The position numbers and the translations under genes are program-made. The notes below the pieces were generated by a model. The model searched no databases. It had not been told where the DNA came from and worked only from the letters and a program-made list of their open reading frames with translations. Shown here piece after piece: positions 40,358 through 51,181 of a stretch of DNA of 64,000 nt. The DNA is from a virus (lineage: Duplodnaviria > Heunggongvirae > Uroviricota > Caudoviricetes > Crassvirales), in the IMG/VR virus record IMGVR_UViG_3300046331_000154. One strand, given 5' to 3'. The stretch's first letter is position 1. The number at the start of each line of letters is the position of its first letter.

Positions 40358-41236
40358 TTATTTACTTGTCTTTACTCTCGCTTCAATTAAATCTCGAACT
40401 TCGTGATTTTTAGGATCTATTAAATATTTAACAGCGTTTACTAAAGAAGCAATTTCACCTTGTTTTGCAAGAGTTAAACCATCTACAGTTTCGTATTTAC
40501 CATTTTTCTTTAATACAATTCCAACATTTTCAGCTAAGGCAATTAATGTTTTAGTTTCAAAATTAGGATCTTCAACTAACGCTAAGAAATCTTTTGTTCT
40601 TGTATCTACTAAAGTTTCAACTTCAGTATTTATAAATTTCATTGTTGAATTTTCTGAAAGTTTTTTACCAGTCATTAAATAAACAATTGAAACTAAAGCA
40701 TCTCTATTATCTTCTAACTTGTAGTATTCTTTCCAAGCGGCTTTAATTAAATCTAATTTTTTAGATCTGTCTTTAAGTTCTTCACCATCTTTAGTAATAT
40801 AAAATTGGTAAGTTCCTTTATTTTCTAATTTATATTGTTGTAATGTTGGAGCAATAACATCATCCCAAGCTAACAATATTTTATATTTTAAATAATCTTC
40901 AGGTACCGACAAGTCTAATATTGTATCTAATTTTTCTAGAGACACATATTGTGTTTTCCAGAAGTCACTATATATAGACATTTTGACACCATTGAAATGT
41001 CCATTTTCAAAAAATTCTTTTTCTTCATTAGTAAGAACATTTTTCAAACCGCCATTTCTTAAAAGTGGAACACAAAATTTTCTTGTTGCTCCTTCAATCA
41101 TACCTCCAGAAATAACATGATTATCGCTCACATCTGCGGCTAAACCTTTATTTCTTTTAATAAATCTTATTGTAATCTTTTCATTTGGTAATGTAAACCC
41201 CTTTACAATTTCCTTAACTTCTTCTTTTACCGTCAT
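40358..41236 (-). CDS. hypothetical capsid-associated protein (292 aa)
   Basis: ORF immediately downstream of the major capsid gene. Confidence 0.4.
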   Translation of the reverse strand: MTVKEEVKEIVKGFTLPNEKITIRFIKRNKGLAADVSDNHVISGGMIEGATRKFCVPLLRNGGLKNVLTNEEKEFFENGHFNGVKMSIYSDFWKTQYVSLEKLDTILDLSVPEDYLKYKILLAWDDVIAPTLQQYKLENKGTYQFYITKDGEELKDRSKKLDLIKAAWKEYYKLEDNRDALVSIVYLMTGKKLSENSTMKFINTEVETLVDTRTKDFLALVEDPNFETKTLIALAENVGIVLKKNGKYETVDGLTLAKQGEIASLVNAVKYLIDPKNHEVRDLIEARVKTSK

Positions 41237-41254
41237 ATTGAATTTTTAATATTT

Positions 41255-41288
41255 ATAAAAATAAGGAATGTTTTTGGGCACATTCCTT
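41255..41288 (-). terminator. rho-independent terminator after the major capsid gene
   Basis: A 9-bp stem aaggaatgt / acattcctt with a U-run on the minus-strand RNA. Confidence 0.5.
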
Positions 41289-41306
41289 AAAGCCTTATGT
41301 ATTTAA

Positions 41307-42827
41307 TTAATACTGATAAATGATACTTGGAATCAACGATGCTGTTCTAGAAGGATCTTTTACCATTGCACCTTGCATACAATATGCAGTGATTGTGGCA
41401 CTATCTTCCATTCTTCCCATATTACCAGAACCTCTTTCTCCTGTAAAAGGATTTCTAAAACCTGCTTGATATCCACGAATTTCTTCATTTTCTTTTACAG
41501 CAACTTTTTGAATGTTTGGCTCTTCTGTAGATCCGATATAAAGAATATCATATCTGTAAGATTCAGCAACTCCACCGTCTGGGTGTATAATTTTGTTACG
41601 AACTTTATCATCATACATTGGATCAACTTCAACACTTACGTGGATAGAGTTTGCAAATTCGTATTCTGTAAATTGGTAACCCGCTTTAAATGAGTTACTA
41701 TGTAATTGAGAACTAGTTTTTTGAACTACAGCTGGATTGTTTTGAGACAATTCTTTCCACGCAGTACCTTCACGGTTAATTGCTTGAGAAAATTGTTTAG
41801 CTCCACGCTCACCTGTACGAAGTACAAATTTTCTTTCACTAAAATCTAATTTACCTTCAGAAAGTTCATGCAACATATCTTCCAAAATTCTCAATGAGAA
41901 CAAGTTATATGTAACAATATTTGAAACTTCCATTTGCTCTCTAATACCAGAACCTGATTCAATTTTAAATCCTGATTTACCAGTATTCATAAATGTACCA
42001 TCTTCAGCTCTGTTTGTTTTACCAAACATAATATTATAAGCTTTTAATCTAGAAATGTGTTGTTCAAATCTCCAGTAAATTTCTTGCATCCAAGTATTAG
42101 AAGATCTAATTTTACCTTCATTATCTAATGATTCAATTTTAGCATAAAATACATCCGTAGCATTTAATTTACAATTGATCATATTACCTGGTACAGTTGT
42201 TTCAACACGAAGCTGAGACATTGTATTTTTCAATGTGTAAGGAGAACTGAAATTAATATCAGCACCTTTATTAGACATTGTTCTTTCAACAGGAGCACCT
42301 TCAATAGAGAATCTTTCACCTGTCAATAATTCAGAACCTGGTACACCCGCAAATGTTTCAGAACCACCCCATACTTCTGCAGTATAAACATAAGGACCAT
42401 TTGGTCCTTCTGATTTAGGATCTGCTAAAATACGATATTGATAAATATCTGGTTTAGAACCTGCAATTACATGCACGTCTGTAAAATATTTTTCTGCAAA
42501 CACAAGTTCAATTTCTGTACGATTGGCTCCTACATTTGTAGTACCACTTGTTACAGTTGAACCTTGATAACGAGCTTCTACCAAAGGAATGTTGCGTTCA
42601 TGTGAACCAATCATTTTCCAAGTAAAATCACCTTCGTCTTCAATATATTTTACAGGAAACATATTTAGAACAGTGTCTAAATTTTTCATACCTGCTTTAG
42701 CAAGTAAAACACCTGTAATTTGAGAAGCTACTTGTGGTCTTGTTGCGTAAATTTGTCCAAGGTGATTACGAGTAGTTAAACCGCTCCAATACTGTCCCTT
42801 AGTCATTACATTTTTTCCTAATGACAT
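41307..42827 (-). CDS. major capsid protein (506 aa, crAss-like size class)
   Basis: The position follows the canonical terminase, portal, scaffold-like, MCP order. The size matches crAss-like MCPs of about 500 aa. It is followed by a terminator. Confidence 0.55.
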   Translation of the reverse strand: MSLGKNVMTKGQYWSGLTTRNHLGQIYATRPQVASQITGVLLAKAGMKNLDTVLNMFPVKYIEDEGDFTWKMIGSHERNIPLVEARYQGSTVTSGTTNVGANRTEIELVFAEKYFTDVHVIAGSKPDIYQYRILADPKSEGPNGPYVYTAEVWGGSETFAGVPGSELLTGERFSIEGAPVERTMSNKGADINFSSPYTLKNTMSQLRVETTVPGNMINCKLNATDVFYAKIESLDNEGKIRSSNTWMQEIYWRFEQHISRLKAYNIMFGKTNRAEDGTFMNTGKSGFKIESGSGIREQMEVSNIVTYNLFSLRILEDMLHELSEGKLDFSERKFVLRTGERGAKQFSQAINREGTAWKELSQNNPAVVQKTSSQLHSNSFKAGYQFTEYEFANSIHVSVEVDPMYDDKVRNKIIHPDGGVAESYRYDILYIGSTEEPNIQKVAVKENEEIRGYQAGFRNPFTGERGSGNMGRMEDSATITAYCMQGAMVKDPSRTASLIPSIIYQY

Positions 42828-42863
42828 AAATTTATTGTTTTTTAATTATTATTTATTGTTTAT

Positions 42864-43955
42864 TTAATATAAAATTTTATTTCCGATTTCAAAATCAGAA
42901 GCATTTGGATCATCTAGAAAACTAGCATCACCACCTTGTAATACATGTTGATTATTTTTTAAAGCTTTTTCAATATTTTTTATTTCATTAGCTTTTTCTT
43001 TTTTACCAAAATAACTAAAATCTGTAAAACCTTTACTTAATGTATATACTGTATATAACTTTTGTGAAAAATCTTTATTTTCACGCTGATCTTTCATTAA
43101 CTGATTTTCATCAACACCTGTAACTGGATTTTTACCAACAGGATTCATCATAGTTGTAAGAATCTGTTTTCTTGCAGTTTCGTTGAGTTTGATACCTTTT
43201 AATGGTTCTTCTGTTTCTAATATATTTTTTTCTATTAGTTTTTGAGAAGCAACATAATCATCTTGCTCTTTTTGTTTTTGTGTAGACTTATATGTTTGTT
43301 CTTCAACATATCTATCTTTAACACCTTTTTTAATATTTTCTAATGCTTCTTTAGCATCTTCAATATCATCATCTGCTTGTACACTTCTATCTGTAAGACG
43401 TTGTGCTTTTTGTTCTGAAAAACCTTGATTTATAAAATCTTGATAAATTAATTGACTTCTTAATTCTTGGTCACTATTAATAATATCTTCCGTTATACTA
43501 TCAAGATTATTCTCGACTATTTTTTGTTGTTTGAAAGTTTCAACATCTACACCATTTTTAAAAGCTTCAATTGCTTCTTGTTGTAGTGGTGTAAAATTTC
43601 TTAAAACTCTTGCATCAGCTTCTTCATTAATAAGTTCTGCTAATGCTTCAATTGTTTCTACTTTTTCTAATTTAGAAGAGTCTACAGAGGTGAGAACACC
43701 TTCAGTTTGTAAATAAGATGCTAAGGACTTATATAAAGGGGGAGAAGAAGTATCATCATTATTTTCATCAATGTCTTCATCATCCTCTGTATCATCCTCA
43801 ACTACTTCATCTAGGTTATTCCCCTCGTCGAGTTCTTCTATTATTTCGTTTGTATTTACTACAATATTATCATCTTCGTTTTGATTTGGATTTGAATCTT
43901 CTTCATAAAATTCATCACCTAAATCAAAATTTATCATTCCTAATTCTTCTTCCAT
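42864..43955 (-). CDS. extremely acidic protein (363 aa); scaffold-like candidate
   Basis: The N-terminal roughly 70 aa are almost entirely D/E/N (EDDNIVVNTNEIIEELDEGNNLDEVVEDDTEDDEDIDENNDD). The C-terminal half is a Lys/Glu-rich helix. It lies between the portal and the MCP. Confidence 0.4.
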   Translation of the reverse strand: MEEELGMINFDLGDEFYEEDSNPNQNEDDNIVVNTNEIIEELDEGNNLDEVVEDDTEDDEDIDENNDDTSSPPLYKSLASYLQTEGVLTSVDSSKLEKVETIEALAELINEEADARVLRNFTPLQQEAIEAFKNGVDVETFKQQKIVENNLDSITEDIINSDQELRSQLIYQDFINQGFSEQKAQRLTDRSVQADDDIEDAKEALENIKKGVKDRYVEEQTYKSTQKQKEQDDYVASQKLIEKNILETEEPLKGIKLNETARKQILTTMMNPVGKNPVTGVDENQLMKDQRENKDFSQKLYTVYTLSKGFTDFSYFGKKEKANEIKNIEKALKNNQHVLQGGDASFLDDPNASDFEIGNKILY

Positions 43956-44034
43956 TTAATTTCCCCTTTTAAATATTTAACAAATATAGTGTATATTTTT
44001 AAAAAATATTAAAATAATTTAATATCCAGTATAG

Positions 44035-46404
44035 CTAAGATGTAGCTTTTTTCTGTTTAGATACTGCTATTTTCTTATCTTCTTTTTCCATTTTATCTGT
44101 ATGCATTTTCATTTGATTATCTAACGCTTTTATTTTAAGCATTAATTCATCTTTATGTTTTTGATAATCAAAATCAGTAGGTTCGTTGTCTTCAGTTTCT
44201 GTATTTTCTAAAGCAAGTTGTTTATCGTTAGAATGAATTATTGCTTTTTGTATTTCCGTATCTGAACGTTTATCTATTTCATAAACTTTTAACTCCCTAT
44301 CTAATTGTGCAGTTTCAGATTGTGATTGTATTTGTTGTTGAGCAACAGCATTTCTATCTTCTTCAATTTTAGCATTACGAGCATTGGTTTGTTCTTCACT
44401 ATCTTCAATTTTTCTACGTATATCCGCTAATGATTGTGATGTTAAAATGTCTATAACTGTTGTATAAGAACCACCATTTTGTAAAAACGCTTGAGCTAGT
44501 GTTTCTAATGTTTGATGTACTTTTTTAATATTAGCACTTGAACTCACAACAAGTCCATAATCAGCTTCATTAATTTCATTACCATCAATATCTATAATTT
44601 GCATAGACATATCGTCAGTAATAAATTGAAGTTTTTTAGTATTGTCTTTTAATGCTATTTTTGCAGTTTCTAAAAACACACTTAAACATCTACGTTTAAC
44701 TTCTTCGTGTTTCATAAACCACCATTCGGTAATATGAGAAGATTGTGTGACACCTCTTTCAACACCACCTACAGTTTCTCTATTGGAAATATTACCTTCA
44801 CGTTGTTTAGATATACCTGCAATTTCACCCATTTCAGTTTTAATAAATTCTAAAAGCTGAATATGTTGTTGTATATAATTACCAGTTTCTAAATCAATAG
44901 CACGTGTATTAGTACCATTCATTTGTCCTGCAAGTTTACCTTGGGCAGCACCAGCATTACCTTCTTTAAAACCATCTATTACACCAATACCTAATTTAGT
45001 AGCTTGAGCAATCCATTTTTCTGGCTCCCAACCTGCAGGTATTAACGATATATCTAATAATAATATTTTACCTAAATTTTTAGCAATTGCTGTGTTAAGT
45101 CTATCCCAAATAACATCATATAAATATTGATAATTTTTCATTTTATCAACCATCGATACAGCTCTACCTTGTGTAGTGTTATAAACCTCTCCAACAATTC
45201 CAGGTCCACATACTGAAGGATTACTAAGTCTGTTATATTGTACAGGTTTTGGACGCATTCTAATATAGATATCTTTACCTATTTTAGTACCTTCCCACCA
45301 TTCATTAACCCAATATGTAGTTACTTCTTCACCTAAATCTTCATTAGGTATATATTCTTCCGATACATATTTATAATCAACCTCACCGTATTCATCATAA
45401 AATTTTAATTTGAATATTTTCTTTTGTGAACGCCAATACACTCTAAGTATTCTAACATTCCCTGCAGAATCTATAAATGATGATGAAAACTGATGTCCGT
45501 TAATTTCAGCAATACCAATATAATCATTTAAAACTTCTGAATGTTGATCTCTTAATAATAAATGATTTTCATCATCTGTAGTATATTTAGAAGAACCTGT
45601 AGATGTAGAATACTCTGTAATTGTGTCAATATCCGCAGATTTAAGCTCATCATAAAAAACATCTATAATTTTACCTGGTGACCAATGATCTTCAATTACT
45701 ATCAAATCAGAATCTTCTATTTTAGAAGAATTACCCGATCTAACACTATGTACTTTAATAGGATTTAATTTTTCAAAAGTTGGTTCTCCAGATACTATAT
45801 CACACTGATATATTTCTTCCGCCATTATGAAAACATCTTTAAGACCCGCATTAAGTTTATTTTCAAAACCCAATTCTTCGTAATAATGTTTTAATAAATG
45901 ATTAACCATTCTTTCACGAGAATCTTGAAAATTATATTTTAAATATTTATTATGTTTTTCTAATTCTTGTTGAGCTTCTTCTTCAGATAAACCTTGTTGT
46001 AAAATAGATATTAATTTTTCTTTTACAAGTTTAGATTTTTCTTCTTCTTTTTTAGAAATAGCATCTTTATTTACAACTGTAAAAAACCAATCAAAAGGTC
46101 TGTTAATTTCTTCACCAACTAACACATCAATTTTAGGAACCATTATTGGTTTGTGAGGTATTTTTTTAGTTATAAATTCAGCATCTATTTGTTGAGGATT
46201 TAATGTTTGTATCATGTCTTCTGAAGATACAATCCCATTATAAAGATTTAAATTAATTACTCTATTTTGAACAGTTTGTCGAACTCTTTCGTTATTATAA
46301 AAAGAATACTTATCTGCAGCATCAACATTACTAACTCTCCACGCTTTACCTTTTTGTTTATAAGGCAACTTCTGTCTAGGCATTTTTGATGTTATACCAC
46401 TCAT
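44035..46404 (-). CDS. portal protein (789 aa)
   Basis: Immediately downstream of the terminase large subunit, with a size typical of crAss-like portals. Confidence 0.55.
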   Translation of the reverse strand: MSGITSKMPRQKLPYKQKGKAWRVSNVDAADKYSFYNNERVRQTVQNRVINLNLYNGIVSSEDMIQTLNPQQIDAEFITKKIPHKPIMVPKIDVLVGEEINRPFDWFFTVVNKDAISKKEEEKSKLVKEKLISILQQGLSEEEAQQELEKHNKYLKYNFQDSRERMVNHLLKHYYEELGFENKLNAGLKDVFIMAEEIYQCDIVSGEPTFEKLNPIKVHSVRSGNSSKIEDSDLIVIEDHWSPGKIIDVFYDELKSADIDTITEYSTSTGSSKYTTDDENHLLLRDQHSEVLNDYIGIAEINGHQFSSSFIDSAGNVRILRVYWRSQKKIFKLKFYDEYGEVDYKYVSEEYIPNEDLGEEVTTYWVNEWWEGTKIGKDIYIRMRPKPVQYNRLSNPSVCGPGIVGEVYNTTQGRAVSMVDKMKNYQYLYDVIWDRLNTAIAKNLGKILLLDISLIPAGWEPEKWIAQATKLGIGVIDGFKEGNAGAAQGKLAGQMNGTNTRAIDLETGNYIQQHIQLLEFIKTEMGEIAGISKQREGNISNRETVGGVERGVTQSSHITEWWFMKHEEVKRRCLSVFLETAKIALKDNTKKLQFITDDMSMQIIDIDGNEINEADYGLVVSSSANIKKVHQTLETLAQAFLQNGGSYTTVIDILTSQSLADIRRKIEDSEEQTNARNAKIEEDRNAVAQQQIQSQSETAQLDRELKVYEIDKRSDTEIQKAIIHSNDKQLALENTETEDNEPTDFDYQKHKDELMLKIKALDNQMKMHTDKMEKEDKKIAVSKQKKATS

Positions 46405-46482
46405 GTATTTTTGAATTTGATTAATTTATAAATATACAACATTTTTAATAGATATATTAAAATAATTAATTTCTTAAAATAG

Positions 46483-49400
46483 CTAATCATTGAATATTGT
46501 TTTATATTTTTCTTGTGAAGATATTGATTTATTACCGTAGAGTTTTTCAAAAAATTTACTATCCGTCCAAGAATTTTTAGTTTTAACTTCTTGTTTACGT
46601 AATGATTGTTGTTGTCTAAGTCTATCTTCTCTTAATATAAACAACATACCCATTGCAGAAACTCTGTCAAAGTTACCATCAGCATTCCACACAATACACT
46701 CTTCTAAATAACCTAACGATCTAATAGTGTGTAAATTAAGTTTTTTAGTTTCACCATCTACGTGATATGCTTCACTTAACATCCAACTTACTTGTAGTTG
46801 TCTACCCCAAGCATTAACTGGTTTAGTTGCTCTAGTACCTTTAGGATTAGACATAGATGGTTTTAACATATCCATATCTTTAAGTATTTCTGGTGTATCT
46901 GCTAAATAATGTAACGCATTTTTATGTTTAAAATATGTATGCAATCCTTTTAGATTGTTTTCATAATTTATTTGTGCATTATAAAAAATACTTAATTTAA
47001 GTGCTATTTCGTAACACTGTTCTGCTTTAGGATATCTACCTGTATATTCCGCAACGATCCTATCTGTTAACATATCCATTATTTGAATACTAAATAATGA
47101 TGTTCCATCATCTGCATCAATAGGGTCAATACCTCCAATATATCTACCTGTTTGTATTCTATTATCTGCACCACGCTTAGGGAGTTCAAATATTTCTACA
47201 GCACCTATTCTATTTTTTCCGGGATCATTTGTTCTAATAGGTCTTAAATCAGCATTGGGAATCCACTTAACACCTTCAACTTGATCGTGTACTAATTCAC
47301 CAACATAATGTTGTGATAAAAATCTTTGTTCTTCAGGTTTAATACTATTTAAATAATCCACTAAGTCTGCTACAGGAAATATTGTACCCTCTACACGCAT
47401 TATTGCTTCTTGTGGTGTAATAGGTTTCTCCGCTCTAGCTTGTGTTAATGCTGCAGGGTCAGATGCATTTTTAGCAATCTTGTGTCTATTTTCTATAATT
47501 TCAATTAATGCTTTAATAACATCTGGTTCACCAGATTCCATATCATAACATCTATGTCTATTCATATAAGCTCCCCAAAAGAATCCACATTTATTAGAAC
47601 TTTGTACGTTTTTATCATATACATTTTCTACTGAATAAATATTATAAGCATCGGGATTATAAAATAATTTTTTAGAACCTTCAAATGAAGCACCTTCCGT
47701 ACCTCCTGTATTATGTGTAATTATACCATTTCCAATATAGGTGTTTGTTTTACCCGCAGTTAAATTATATACAGGTTGTGATCCAATATTTTCAATTTTA
47801 ATAATTTTTTCAAAACATATACCTTTTAAATGAGACGCTTTTCCAGATTTTTTATTTTTATATAATTCTTTAAAAGAATTTAACCTTGTTTGCTTTTCTT
47901 TAGGATATAATGATATATGTTTTACAAAATTCAACACACTATCTTTATCTTTTATTTCTAATTCATAATGACCATTTTTACTTTTAATATTATTTAAATT
48001 AGGTTTTTTAAAATTAATATTTCCATGAATACCTAATTTTTGTAATAAAAGTTGCATTTCTAATAAAAGATTTTTATATGCACAACTTAAAGATATAACT
48101 CCATTTTTAGATATATATCCATCAGTATCAAAAAATCCACCTATTAGTTCGGTAATTGTTTTATATGAATAAGAATGAATATTGACAGGTAGTGTTTTTC
48201 TATTACAAGTTTGACCGTATATTCCAATGTCTCTAAGTTTTTTACAAATACCTTTTATTCTATTTTCTTCATAAGTTTTATTTAATTTTGTAACATATGT
48301 TTTTTCTGTTATAACATCTTCACTTAAATTATAGTGTAAATAATTATTAATTTCAGACTCACAATTAGCCAACACAGGTGTTTTATTAATACCGTAACTA
48401 CCATCTCCAATTAACCACCCTACAACACGAGGTTCCCACATTTTTTTATTTGAAAAAATAGGTACTTCTTCAATTGTTGCAACTTGATCATTTAATTGTA
48501 ATAAACCAGCTTTTTTAAATTCTATTTTTTTTAAAGATTGTCTTTTTCTTACACCATTTACATATCCTAATTCTTTCATTTTTTTTAAAGATTTATGACT
48601 ATATAGTATAGGATGATCTAAACTGCATTCTATAAAACGCCCAGTATTAGTTTCAATTCTTAGACATTCTTTATTTGTTGGTGGTTGCCAATAAGTAATA
48701 TTTTCTTGAGAAATTATACCGTCTTTTTCATTAAAACCTAAAATATTATTTTTAATATTTAAATCTTTAATACTTACCAAATTACCTAAACCATCCCACA
48801 CTTGATTATTTTCTGTTAAACATCCTCCTGCCATCATAAATCCAAATGATGAACTACCCGATTCTACAGCTTCTCTATTAACTCCCCAAGCTGTTTCTAA
48901 ATCAGGAAACAAACCATCTTCCTCATATTGTATAAAAGGTCCACGAATACCCCTAGCTTTCTCAGGATTATCTTTTAATGATATTGCATTAACAGACGAT
49001 AACAATCCTTTACGATTACCAAATTTATCTACATACCCTAATTGAACTTCCATCGATCTTAACGAATTTGTAAGTCTAATTCTAGGAAGAGGTGTATTGT
49101 CTGCAATCCAGTCAAGATTATCAATAACTTTACCAAACATTCCTTTATCTCCTAATAAAAATGTTTTTTCAGAAGCTAAATGAAAATTAACATTACCTGA
49201 ACCTGGAAAAATATACATATTACATGGTGATATAGCACCTGCTTTAAAACTCCAACCACAACCCCTTGTCTTTAATAATTTACCGTGTTGACCCTCTTGT
49301 CTTGCCTGATCTACATAATGATAAAATAAATAATCACCTAACCAAGGTTTAGGAAAATCTTTCTTACGTTCAGATTTTTGACGACGTTTATTTTGATTAT

Positions 49401-49872
49401 TGTTAGCATTTTCTTCTACAAGCCATATTTTAGAATAGTTCCAATAGAAATATAAATATCCAGGAATCCATTCTCCATCAATAGGTCTAACTAACCCCTC
49501 TTTCCAACGTCTACACTCTTCTTTCCAAAATAATGCATATTCAGATCTAGGATTAGGGTTAGGTGTTATATTTGTATATCTATTATTTTTTTCATAAAAT
49601 ATAGCACGTTCTCTAAAAAAATCTAAATCTTCTAATATGTGAGGCTTAGTTATATCTACAATAATTCTATCGTCATCATATGTTTTAGTTTCGTCAGAAT
49701 CATCTAAACTAGAATATCTAATTTTATCTTTAGCATAACCACGTTGTGATTCAGACGATACAAGATGTTTAATAAAAGGTATAGTTTCTATATATTCTAT
49801 TAATTCGTCTCGTACTTTTTCTGGTAAATCTTCAGGAATATTAGATTGATATTTGTTAAAAACCATCTTCAA
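46483..49872 (-). CDS. terminase large subunit interrupted by an intein (1129 aa precursor)
   Basis: The C-terminal extein carries the terminase nuclease-type motif YIGGIDPIDADDGTSLFSIQIMD. The internal 371-aa element has the intein hallmarks described under feature 47710-48822. Confidence 0.7.
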   Translation of the reverse strand: MKMVFNKYQSNIPEDLPEKVRDELIEYIETIPFIKHLVSSESQRGYAKDKIRYSSLDDSDETKTYDDDRIIVDITKPHILEDLDFFRERAIFYEKNNRYTNITPNPNPRSEYALFWKEECRRWKEGLVRPIDGEWIPGYLYFYWNYSKIWLVEENANNNQNKRRQKSERKKDFPKPWLGDYLFYHYVDQARQEGQHGKLLKTRGCGWSFKAGAISPCNMYIFPGSGNVNFHLASEKTFLLGDKGMFGKVIDNLDWIADNTPLPRIRLTNSLRSMEVQLGYVDKFGNRKGLLSSVNAISLKDNPEKARGIRGPFIQYEEDGLFPDLETAWGVNREAVESGSSSFGFMMAGGCLTENNQVWDGLGNLVSIKDLNIKNNILGFNEKDGIISQENITYWQPPTNKECLRIETNTGRFIECSLDHPILYSHKSLKKMKELGYVNGVRKRQSLKKIEFKKAGLLQLNDQVATIEEVPIFSNKKMWEPRVVGWLIGDGSYGINKTPVLANCESEINNYLHYNLSEDVITEKTYVTKLNKTYEENRIKGICKKLRDIGIYGQTCNRKTLPVNIHSYSYKTITELIGGFFDTDGYISKNGVISLSCAYKNLLLEMQLLLQKLGIHGNINFKKPNLNNIKSKNGHYELEIKDKDSVLNFVKHISLYPKEKQTRLNSFKELYKNKKSGKASHLKGICFEKIIKIENIGSQPVYNLTAGKTNTYIGNGIITHNTGGTEGASFEGSKKLFYNPDAYNIYSVENVYDKNVQSSNKCGFFWGAYMNRHRCYDMESGEPDVIKALIEIIENRHKIAKNASDPAALTQARAEKPITPQEAIMRVEGTIFPVADLVDYLNSIKPEEQRFLSQHYVGELVHDQVEGVKWIPNADLRPIRTNDPGKNRIGAVEIFELPKRGADNRIQTGRYIGGIDPIDADDGTSLFSIQIMDMLTDRIVAEYTGRYPKAEQCYEIALKLSIFYNAQINYENNLKGLHTYFKHKNALHYLADTPEILKDMDMLKPSMSNPKGTRATKPVNAWGRQLQVSWMLSEAYHVDGETKKLNLHTIRSLGYLEECIVWNADGNFDRVSAMGMLFILREDRLRQQQSLRKQEVKTKNSWTDSKFFEKLYGNKSISSQEKYKTIFND
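47710..48822 (-). mobile_element. intein (371 aa) with a LAGLIDADG homing endonuclease, inserted in the terminase large subunit
   Basis: The N-terminal splice junction is ...FMMAGG|CLTENNQ and the C-terminal junction is ...GIITHN|TGGTEGA, giving Cys1 and His-Asn followed by Thr+1. Two dodecapeptide motifs are present: VGWLIGDGSYG and IGGFFDTDGYIS. Confidence 0.75.
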
Positions 49873-50398
49873 ATAATGCTTTTTCTTGAGAACCTACATT
49901 ACTAGATTTCTCAGATTGTTCTTTAATAACTGTTTGCTCAAGTTTTTGCAATGCTGTTACAATACCTGGCATTTTAGACAATCCTTCAGATATATTTTTT
50001 ATTTCTGTAATAGACAATACTGTTTCTTCGTCTGTTACAAGCTTTCTCATTTTGTTAGAAAGAGTGTTTGCAATAAATAAACTATTTTCGAGTATTGTAG
50101 AAGATACAGTTTTACTACGATCTTTATAAAAACTAATTGCAGTTTGTACATCTTTGTTTAATTTCCATCCTTTTGGAAAATTTAAATCTTTAATAATTTC
50201 TTCTTCTTTATCTTTAGGGTTTAAAATATAATTATAATCTGATTTAATATCTGACATAAAAAATACTAAAGAAAGTTCTTTTATTGCAACTTCTTTATCT
50301 TTAGATTTATCATTATCTAATAATTTTTTAAAAGGTGTTAGTGAATATGCCTCTTCAGATATATGTAAATTATACTCTATTAATTGGAATAAATTCAT
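49856..50398 (-). CDS. hypothetical protein (180 aa)
   Basis: ORF overlapping the terminase start. Confidence 0.4.
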   Translation of the reverse strand: MNLFQLIEYNLHISEEAYSLTPFKKLLDNDKSKDKEVAIKELSLVFFMSDIKSDYNYILNPKDKEEEIIKDLNFPKGWKLNKDVQTAISFYKDRSKTVSSTILENSLFIANTLSNKMRKLVTDEETVLSITEIKNISEGLSKMPGIVTALQKLEQTVIKEQSEKSSNVGSQEKALFEDGF

Positions 50399-50643
50399 TT
50401 GTATCCTATTTTAATTGCTGGTTTTTCTAAATTATTTATTATTTCTTTGTAATTACCCACTACTCTGTGGTAAGTTCCGCGGGTGTCTTCAATTATTGTT
50501 ACATTTTTAAACAAAGAACCACTATTAGAAAACATTGGACTAATAGTGGCGATATTTTTATCTATAATATGTGTTGGTACAATAATTGTTTTTGTTTCAC
50601 AGGTGTTAGTGTTTTCAAAAGTTATGTACTTCATTATTAACAT
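50395..50643 (-). CDS. hypothetical protein (82 aa)
   Basis: ORF, translationally coupled. Confidence 0.35.
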   Translation of the reverse strand: MLIMKYITFENTNTCETKTIIVPTHIIDKNIATISPMFSNSGSLFKNVTIIEDTRGTYHRVVGNYKEIINNLEKPAIKIGYK

Positions 50644-50644
50644 G

Positions 50645-51181
50645 TTAATACATTTTAATTTTATGAGAACCTGTTTCTGTAATAAGACCTACACCTTGTG
50701 TAGATTCTACATCTGCAAACTTCATACCCTTAGACATTGCTGATTTAGCAGAAACATCAATTGCTTCTTGTTTTAATGTAAACTCTTTAAGTGTTTTAAA
50801 TGATTTAACAGAATCTGGTAAAGCATTGTAATCAGGAATAACTCCTTCTATTTCTCTTGAATTGATTTTAATATAAACTTCTTCTGAACCAGGTACACTA
50901 AAGAAAGGTATTATAATTTGTTCTGTAATCATATCTTGACCACCAATACCCGCCCTAATCGTTGATTGTTTTTTTACAGTTTGAATAAAGTTGTTCATGT
51001 TCATAAAAACCCAATCTCCAACATTTACACCAACTGTATCAGGACCAACAGCTAACACTTGTTGTACTTCTTTAATTTCAGGTGTTTGTTTACCTAAAAA
51101 TAAATTATTATCTTCTTTTTTTACTAAATTACTTGTTACAAGGATATATGATCCTCGTGGTATAAAATTAATCTTCTCCAT
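50645..51181 (-). CDS. hypothetical protein (178 aa)
   Basis: ORF. Confidence 0.4.
   Translation of the reverse strand: MEKINFIPRGSYILVTSNLVKKEDNNLFLGKQTPEIKEVQQVLAVGPDTVGVNVGDWVFMNMNNFIQTVKKQSTIRAGIGGQDMITEQIIIPFFSVPGSEEVYIKINSREIEGVIPDYNALPDSVKSFKTLKEFTLKQEAIDVSAKSAMSKGMKFADVESTQGVGLITETGSHKIKMY

Noticed and set aside
46483-49872. Canonical Walker A (GxxxxGK[ST]) in the terminase N-extein
   Set aside because: The only candidate (LKTRGCGWSFKAG) is not canonical. The terminase call therefore rests on the C-terminal nuclease motif, the intein and synteny rather than on an ATPase motif.
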